Shown here: positions 57,350 through 64,000 of the stretch, piece by piece
How the letters are laid out: the number at the start of each line of letters is the position of its first letter
How positions within the stretch are numbered: position 1 is the stretch's first letter
Assembly: GCA_012862495.1 (NCBI GenBank)
Contig: BLSG01000132.1
Coordinates: 1 to 64,000 of the forward strand
Reading direction: 5' to 3'
DNA from: Thraustochytrium aureum
Lineage: Eukaryota
DNA length: 64,000 nucleotides
Notes under the pieces: model-generated
Seen by the model: the letters and a program-made list of their open reading frames with translations, nothing else
Databases searched by the model: none
What the model was told of the DNA's origin: nothing
Position numbers and translations under genes: made by a program

Positions 57350-58447
57350 ATGTTGAAGCGGGCCCAGGCGCAGCTCACGCGGCTTCTCGCGAGTAGTTTG
57401 CCGCCGGGCGAGCGCGAAGGGCTCGTCAAAGCGCTGGATCCAACGCTCGTGTCGGCCAAGTCGGCCGTGGCCACGCTGACCGGCGAGCTGAGCAAGGCCA
57501 AGGCCCTCCACGACGAAGCCGAGAGGCAGAGGGCGGGCCTGGAGGAGAGCCTGAAGAGTGCTCGGGAATCGCTGTCGAAACTCGAGCGAGAGGCGCAGGA
57601 AAGCAAAGCCGGGCTCGCTGCGGTGCAGGAACAACTTCGACAGCGGACCCGCGATGAGACGCACCCGATTTATGGAAAGCTCTTGTTCGACTTTGGGTAC
57701 AAGAAGGCCTACGCGTCGGAACCAAAGCGGCTCACAGACAAGGTCGTGCTTCCGGTGTGGGAAAAGCAGCGTATTTTCCGTCCCGAGCGGGCCAAGCAAA
57801 TCGCGAAAGCAAAGACGAAAGACCGCCGTTTCGGGTTCCCAGGCGCGATCACAGTCTACGACTTGGACCAGCCGGGAAAGCGAGGCATAGTCGACGGGCA
57901 GCACCGCATCGGCGGCCTGGAGCTCCTCCTGCGAGAGGGAGATTGGCCGGAGGCCCAACTCTTGCTCACAGAGGTCTACACGGTCGGCGACGCCGATGCT
58001 AATAAGGCAGTCGGAGACCTCTTTCTGGAGATTAACCAAGCGCAGCCCGCGATCGAGCTGGACTTGCCTGGCTTCGCGGACGACCTTGTCAAGACCGCAA
58101 TTGACGAGGTTACCGCGATCCTTGCCGAGGACTTTCCAGAGATGTTCAAGCCGAGCTCGCGGTGCCGCCCCCCGCACCTCAACGTGGACAACTTTCGCCA
58201 GGAGCTTTTCAACAGCGAGAAGGCGAAGGAGGTGATACATGGAGCTCCGACGAGCGATCCAGAAGGGGCAACCAAAGCTTTGCTTGCGTGGGTGCTTGAC
58301 CGAAACTCGCGGCTGGCTGCTCGGGAGCTGAACGACTGGACCTCAAGCTCGCTTGTCCGCATCAAGAACCCGGACACGCTTACGAAGGCTCTGGCAAAGT
58401 GCAAGGTGAACGGGTTTTATCTTGGGTTGGACGTGTCTTGGCTGTAG
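57350..58447 (+). CDS. DGQHR-domain (ParB/Srx-fold, DndB-like) protein with an N-terminal coiled coil
   Basis: QRIFRPERAKQI, FPGAITV, GIVDGQHRIGGL, LFLEINQAQP; C-terminal RPPHLNVDNFRQELF and GFYLGL. The true start may be further upstream (ATG 57093). Confidence 0.8.
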   Translation: MLKRAQAQLTRLLASSLPPGEREGLVKALDPTLVSAKSAVATLTGELSKAKALHDEAERQRAGLEESLKSARESLSKLEREAQESKAGLAAVQEQLRQRTRDETHPIYGKLLFDFGYKKAYASEPKRLTDKVVLPVWEKQRIFRPERAKQIAKAKTKDRRFGFPGAITVYDLDQPGKRGIVDGQHRIGGLELLLREGDWPEAQLLLTEVYTVGDADANKAVGDLFLEINQAQPAIELDLPGFADDLVKTAIDEVTAILAEDFPEMFKPSSRCRPPHLNVDNFRQELFNSEKAKEVIHGAPTSDPEGATKALLAWVLDRNSRLAARELNDWTSSSLVRIKNPDTLTKALAKCKVNGFYLGLDVSWL

Positions 58448-58675
58448 CCGAGACACAGAGCGAAGACCTTAACAAGAACGCACCTCTTGGTGGAGCCTTC
58501 TGGTCTGCCCTTCCCACCTTGGGCCGGCTCGTTCGGAGCGGCCTACTACCGTGAGTAGCTCTGCTCTCTCTCTAGCTAGTAGCTAGAGCAAGCAAGCAGT
58601 TAGAGAGCGGCAGCTACGAAGCGTTTAAAAAAGAAATGGCTCGCTGCTAGCGAGCACCCGCACCTTCACAGATCA

Positions 58676-59869
58676 TCAAAGGGTAGAAGCGCGTGCAAGA
58701 GCGCGCTGCGCGTCGTCGAGACCGCCATATGAGGCCTGGCACCCCTTGCTTTGAACACTGACTGCTGCCGCCGCGCAGGCCAAGCGAGTTGCGCTACAGA
58801 GCTGCTCAATAGAATCCCAGTCTGAAGCCTGCGCGAGTTTCCATGCGAGAGCGCCAATAAAGGCGTCGCCTGCCCCCGTGGTGTCGACAACGGGCGACTC
58901 GAGCGGCGGAGGTGCCACCCAAACGCCATGCGAGCCCGCCTTTGCGCTCAGCACGTACGCTCCTCGCTTGCCCACCGTGAGAATCAGTGCTTTGACCTTG
59001 AGGCGGTCGAGCAGCTCTGCAGCAGAGTCCTCGATGCTGGGGGGCTGGGGGCCTTGGAAGCTCTTGCCCAATAGCAGCGCCGTTTCAGTCTCGTTCGGTA
59101 CGAGCACGTCAACGGCAGCGAGAAGCATTGAATCCGCTGCAAGAGCCGCCGTGGCTGGCGCAGGGTTGAAGACAGTGATTTTGCCAAGCTCCCGGGCCAT
59201 GCAAAGAGCGGCTCTTGTTGCGTCCAGTGGAACTTCATTCTGGCACACGACCACTCGGCTCGCCTCGAAAGCGGCGCGTTGGGCCGCAATGGCCGGGCGT
59301 CGAGAGCGTAGTTGGCCCCAGGGAACAAGATGATCGTGTTTTCCCCTTGAGCGTCCACCGTGATCGTGGCCACGCCAGTTGGGGACGTAGGGTGGAGCGC
59401 GACGAGCGCTGTGTCCACTCCAGCGCCGCGCAAGCTCTGGCAGAGGCGCTTGCCGAAGGCGTCGTCTCCGACGCTCCCGAGCATGGCCACGTGCGGCGCG
59501 AGCTCGCCTCGAGCTGCTGGATCTCGGCTCATCTTGGCCGCCATCACAGCCTGGTTGGCGCCTTTGCCGCCACTGGCCGTGTGGTGGGCCGTCCCTGTGA
59601 GCGTCTCCCCCGGGTTCGGGAACCGCTCGACGTAGTTGAACACGTCCATGTTGAGGCTTCCAACGAAGAGNNNNNNNNNNNNNNNNNNNNNNNNNNNNNN
59701 NNNNNNNNNNNNNNNNNNNNNNNNNNNNNNNNNNNNNNNNNNNNNNNNNNNNNNNNNNNNNNNNNNNNNNNNNNNNNNNNNNNNNNNNNNNNNNNNNNNT
59801 TCCAACGAAGAGCAGCCCGTTCGCGGGAGGCGGGCCAACATCGCCGCCCTCGCCTGCCTCTCCTGCCAT
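58676..59869 (-). CDS. rbsK: Ribokinase (PfkB family); false gap at 59671-59799, frameshift near 59300
   Basis: FVGSLNMD, P.PGETL, GGKGANQAV, G.VGDD.FG, PTGVA.I.VD..GEN.I...PGAN, FNPAP, PNETE, VDTTGAGDAFIGAL. Confidence 0.92.
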   Translation of the reverse strand: MAGEAGEGGDVGPPPANGLLFVGXXXXXXXXXXXXXXXXXXXXXXXXXXXXXXXXXXXXXXXXXXXXLRWKPQHGRVQLRRAVPEPGGDAHRDGPPHGQWRQRRQPGCDGGQDEPRSSSSRRARAARGHARERRRRRLRQAPLPELARRWSGHSARRAPPYVPNWRGHDHGGRSRGKHDHLVPWGQLRSRRPAIAAQRAAFEASRVVVCQNEVPLDATRAALCMARELGKITVFNPAPATAALAADSMLLAAVDVLVPNETETALLLGKSFQGPQPPSIEDSAAELLDRLKVKALILTVGKRGAYVLSAKAGSHGVWVAPPPLESPVVDTTGAGDAFIGALAWKLAQASDWDSIEQLCSATRLACAAAAVSVQSKGCQASYGGLDDAQRALARASTL

Positions 59870-60363
59870 CCTCCACTGCCGCAGCCGGCGCCTTGCAGGC
59901 GTACGCGCGAGGGCCCCGCGGTCTCTCGGCTTGTCGCAGCACGGGGCGCAAATGTCGCAGCCGAGGAGTGTTTTTTCACCAATCCGCCAAGGAGCGCCCA
60001 GCGAGCCTCGAGGAGGCAGCGCGCCCGCTCCAAGCGAGCTCCCAGGAGGCGCCGCGTTCGTTCCGAGCGAGCTCGAGCCCTTTGTCGAGGGGGTTGAACG
60101 GGGAAAGCGAGCAGGCTGCCAGCCACGACACAAGTCTGCAGCGCGAGCGTCAGCCAGCTCGTCCGGCACTCCTGCATCTCTAGTAGCTAGAGACTGTAGA
60201 CCAGAACAGCTCGTCCGTGCTGGCTGGCACTTCGGTGGGCCGCCAGCGCCCGGCTGTGGGTTGAGCAGCACGGAGCGGTCAAACGCGAGTTACTCTATAT
60301 TCTATTCATCAAGGGTGTCTGACTTCTCGAGCCCTGCAAGCCGCAGCTGGCTCGGCCAGTCGC

Positions 60364-61914
60364 TCAAGCGCCGCGGAAGAGCGGGTTTACTGACGCCAGC
60401 TGCGTCGCGTCAGGGCGCGTCATGAAACTCGCATCTGGCAAAGCCACCTCAGCTCCGGACCCGAGGACGCCTCCCCGGCCAGACTCGTGGTTCTGGCCGC
60501 GGTAGCGGCGCACCTGGACAGCGATGAGTGCGGCAACGAGAGCTGCGGCGCCTGCGCCGATCGCGACGCCCGCTGCCGGGCCAACGGCCTCGGTCGAGTT
60601 GTTGCTCGGCGCTGGTGGCTCGGGCACCGCCACAGTAGGGCTTGGACCATTGATGAACTGCGGCTCCACGGAGAGACTGTCGAGGCTTTCCATATCCTCA
60701 ACGCTGAATGCAGCGACGGTTGTGGCGACCAAGCCCGCGGAGGCGAACTGGCCAAGGTCCGCGCTCGCAGCGATTGCGGCTGCAGCAGACGTGGAGCCCG
60801 CAACGTCCTTTGTCGCCACGAGGAACACCATTTCAACGGCGTCACCGTCCCGCGCCTTCATGCTGGCGAGGCGGACGGTCGTCTCGGCCGGCAGCGGTGC
60901 GGCCGCAGCGAGAACGGGTGCCACGCTGTCGTCCAAATCGCAGGCGGTGCATTGCCCGGGCCGCCGAGCAAACTTGACCGCCTCGCCGCCCCGGAACGCA
61001 GCAGGCGCAGAGGGGATGGTGCCAACGACGCGGAGGGCCGAAAGAACAAGCCCGGAACCGCAGCTCTTGAGCACAGGGAGAGCCTGCTGGACCGACTCGC
61101 CGGTGAGAAGGTCACCGCGAATCGCCGCCAAGATGGCCCACAAGTCAGTCGTGACAATTTGGCAGATGCTCGGGTACTTGCCGCCATCGCCGAGGTAGCA
61201 AGCGATGTGAGAAGTGAAGGCATCCTTTCGCAGCGCCGAGCACGGGATCGGGTGCTCCAGCTTCGGGACAAGCGCTTGTTGCAGGCAGGCTCTGACGCTC
61301 TCCATCCAAAGGAGCCCCTGGGTGGAAAACTTGTCACGAACTGCGCCAAAGTCGTTGCACTTGCGGTCGCCATACTGGAGCGCATACTCGGCGTCGTCCC
61401 CGATGCAAGGGACGGCGGCGTTCAAACAGTCGCCGTACCAGTTGCACGTCGACGTCTCAAACGTGGGAGCAGTGCAAGACGGCGCCAGGGAAACAGGCTC
61501 CAAGCAATACGAAACTGTGGCCGTGCCGCCGCTGGAGAGGGTGACCAGCGCTTCGTTTGTGCATTCTCGTTGCGCAGGGCAGCGCGGCTGGACCTCGCCT
61601 GTGCCGATCAGGTCGTCTGCTACCACGTCCTTGTCGAAGACTTGAATGCGGACAACGTCGCCCGTCTTGAAGGCGCGTGGCGGGCAGGACATCGTCCAGA
61701 GCGGATTGGCAGAGTTTTCCACCACGTTGGTCGAGCACTTGTTTCCTGCCCCGTACGTGGCTACCGCGAAAGCGTCTGCCTTGGAGAAGAGGTCTGCGCT
61801 CGGGAGGTCGCTGCCGCGCAGAACGCTCAGCTCGCTCATGATGCAGTGCCCGTTCGCCGAGCGCACCGCGCCAGCAGCCGCCGCCGCCACTGCAGCCAAA
61901 ACAACGCGCGTCAT
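60364..61914 (-). CDS. Type I membrane protein: signal peptide, C2 domain, Cys-rich stanniocalcin-like domain, TM helix
   Basis: Signal MTRVVLAAVAAAAAGAVRS. C2: LSVLRGSDL..ADLFSKADAF...TNVVENSANPLW...IQVFDKD...DDLIG. Cys pattern CNWY.DCL....PC......YA.QYG...C..F.......S.QG..W...VR.CLQ.AL...C..L...AF.SH..CY. TM GVAIGAGAAALVAALIAV. Confidence 0.7.
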   Translation of the reverse strand: MTRVVLAAVAAAAAGAVRSANGHCIMSELSVLRGSDLPSADLFSKADAFAVATYGAGNKCSTNVVENSANPLWTMSCPPRAFKTGDVVRIQVFDKDVVADDLIGTGEVQPRCPAQRECTNEALVTLSSGGTATVSYCLEPVSLAPSCTAPTFETSTCNWYGDCLNAAVPCIGDDAEYALQYGDRKCNDFGAVRDKFSTQGLLWMESVRACLQQALVPKLEHPIPCSALRKDAFTSHIACYLGDGGKYPSICQIVTTDLWAILAAIRGDLLTGESVQQALPVLKSCGSGLVLSALRVVGTIPSAPAAFRGGEAVKFARRPGQCTACDLDDSVAPVLAAAAPLPAETTVRLASMKARDGDAVEMVFLVATKDVAGSTSAAAAIAASADLGQFASAGLVATTVAAFSVEDMESLDSLSVEPQFINGPSPTVAVPEPPAPSNNSTEAVGPAAGVAIGAGAAALVAALIAVQVRRYRGQNHESGRGGVLGSGAEVALPDASFMTRPDATQLASVNPLFRGA

Positions 61915-62639
61915 CGTTCGAGCCGGCCACGGCCTGTTCTCAACGCGGATGGATGTCTGGTGACCTTTTCGGGTTTGGCTGATTGCAGCAGTGATTGGTG
62001 ATCATGCTACCCGCAGCACCAGCTCGCTCGCGACCTCCTCAAAGGCAATCGCATTTCACATGCGCGACACGCTCATGTTCCTGCGCGTGCGAATGTACTA
62101 CCTCTAGTACTAGGATGTAAGTACCTGCAAGCCCGCGGGAAGCCTCCCTTCACTTGAAATTGGAGATGAACGGCCTCCTGCTGATGGCTGACGCGCCGCG
62201 CCGCGCGAGATCGGCCAACTCGAACTCTTTACTTCCGCGGCGGCGCGCGCGGATTGCAGTCGGCGCGTGTGGCAGGCCGCTGCAGGCGAACAATGTCTGA
62301 ACAAAAGAAGCTCATGAACAGAGAGCTGATCGCCAAAGAAAACGCAAAANNNNNNNNNNNNNNNNNNNNNNNNNNNNNNNNNNNNNNNNNNNNNNNNNNN
62401 NNNNNNNNNNNNNNNNNNNNNNNNNNNNNNNNNNNNNNNNNNNNNNNNNNNNNNNNNNNNNNNNNNNNNNNNNNNNNNNCTGTGATCATTTTGGACTTTT
62501 GCGCGGCGCTGCGGCCTTGGAGGCTTGGGCAGCCCTGGCGCTGTTGCGTTGGCGAAATGCTCATTTGCATGCTTTCAGCAAGTTGCTTTCAGGCAGCACG
62601 CAACAAGTTGTCTGACGCGCGACGCTGCTTGGTGCTTGG

Positions 62640-64000
62640 TCACTGCCCGCTGGTTGGCAAGTGAGAAAAGGAGAGCGGCAGCACGGCGCAGTCCACCTCT
62701 AGCGGCGCTGAATACGCGCGCGCTCCGCCGGTGTGGGCCTCGATGTCGCGGTCCACGGCTCCACCGAGCGAGAAGGATGCCGGCCAATAGTACGCTGCCT
62801 TGCGGCTGGCGGTTGAGAGAAGCCCAATTTCTTGCAAGGCCGCTGCGACGAGCTCAGAGCAAAAGAACGCGTCCTCATCAGTTGCCTCGGTGCCGTTCAG
62901 GGGGCGCAGCGTTTGCATTGCGCTGCCCTTGCCTCGAGCCGGTGTGCCCGAGCTGACTCTGCGCCCGCATTTGCGGGCGCTTTCGTCCTCTTTGCACTCT
63001 ACCTCGTCCTGGTCCGCCGCGGCAAGCTGCTCGCTTTTGGCGGCCTCGAGGTCCGTGCTGCCATCTTTGGCGCCGCTTTGTGCGACCACGCCAGCTGAAG
63101 TGCGTGTGAAGATCAGCTTGCTTAGCGTGAGTGCGTAAGGAAGGCCGCGGACGCGCTCGGCGAAGCGGCCCAACTTGACTCGTGTCGGCGCGTCGAGCTC
63201 GCCGACATATCGGCGAAGCGCGATTAGGCTCGTGTAGCCGCCGGCGCTGTAGGCGTACACGCGCTCGGCTAGCGGAAAGCATTCGACGCCGCAACCGGTA
63301 GCTTCGAGAACCTCCTTGTATAGCGCCCCCCCGTGTCCTCACGACGATGGCCACATGGTCCCAGTGCGACGAGGTCACCCTGCGCTGAAGGGCCGCAACC
63401 GGGTTGCACGAGCGGAACAGTATGATGTCGCCTTCGCGCGCCACGTTGTTGAGCTGCGTGACGTGCACGCGGTCGGCCACCACCTTGGCTCGTCTGCTGC
63501 TTACTTGTTGTGGGACTGCGAGCATGCCTAGAAAAGCAAGCAAGTCCTTGGGCGGTTGGTTTTTGATCGGCGGCACCTCCAGCAGCTTTTGGAGATAGTC
63601 CTGTAGCTCGCCGCGGCGTTGCTCCATGAGCTGAGCGCCCGTGCTGTGCCTTGCAAGGAGCTGGCGCCGAGGAAGTCTTGGGCGCGCCGGCGTGGTTGCG
63701 AGAGGTGGTGCCCTTGAGGCTGGCAGCGCATTGGTCTTTGAAGAGTCGCGCCTGTGCCTGGCAGGGGCACTGGTTTCCCGGCCAACGCTCGGCCCAGATT
63801 CTGGTTTTGCTGCAGAAAAGCTCTGGCGTCGCGGTAAAGGGGCCTCGTCCTCCAAGCCAGCGCGGCTAAGTCTCCTACGGATTCGAGCTGGAACGTACTC
63901 GTCATGAGCCGCCTTGCGGTCACGTGAGTCAACCTCCTCCGTGCACTTCGCCTCAGCCGAGGCCTCTCGCGGACTGTGTTGCACTGCTCGCTGCTCGCTG
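62640..64000 (-). CDS. PX-domain + permuted papain-like NlpC/P60 (YiiX/YebB-like) protein; frameshift near 63280; 5' end probably outside the window
   Basis: PX C-terminal half LMEQRRGELQDYLQKLL.....FLG; GDIILFRS...SHWDHVAIVV (His first), then FFCSELVAAAL..IG...YWPASF (Cys last). Confidence 0.7.

Noticed and set aside
49564..59869. FabI, CDF, DGQHR and ribokinase considered as a bacterial insertion or contaminant island
   Set aside because: They are interleaved with eukaryotic genes (Sec14-like, ankyrin-BTB), alternate in strand, show no operon structure and have the same composition as the rest of the window.
62293..62349. MSEQKKLMNRELIAKENAK running into a gap, possibly a small gene
   Set aside because: Only 19 codons are visible, too few to call.
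7975..63280. Many single-base frameshifts in conserved genes, considered as programmed frameshifting, RNA editing or mass pseudogenisation
   Set aside because: Most of those examined lie in short homopolymer runs (G-run at 39130, T-run at 28040, A-runs at 40825, 40468 and 42890), go in both directions and hit genes otherwise free of stops. This pattern fits sequencing or assembly error.

Overview
A GC-rich, gene-dense, intron-poor eukaryotic scaffold with many N gaps. Short GT-AG introns with GTRAGT donors and CTRAC-like branch points, plus 14-3-3, EMC4, MKS1 and PHD genes, show it is nuclear DNA of a ciliated or flagellated protist. A heterotrophic stramenopile such as a thraustochytrid is my inference, not proven. 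About 25 protein-coding loci are recognisable. Many are broken by single-base frameshifts in homopolymer runs, and several gaps have overlapping flanks, so the assembly is draft quality. No rRNA, tRNA, CRISPR or clear mobile element was seen. The most interesting items are a DGQHR (ParB/DndB-like) protein, a circularly permuted type III metacaspase (p10 before p20), a secreted C2 + stanniocalcin-like + TM protein, a GRK kinase ending in a CaaX box that sits head-to-head with 14-3-3 across a telomere-like 10-bp repeat, a bacterial/plastid-type FabI, a tail-to-tail pair of bacterial-type reprolysins, a PX + permuted NlpC/P60 protein, and recurrent CTAG/AGCT-rich intergenic tracts. All family calls come from motif recognition; no database search was run.
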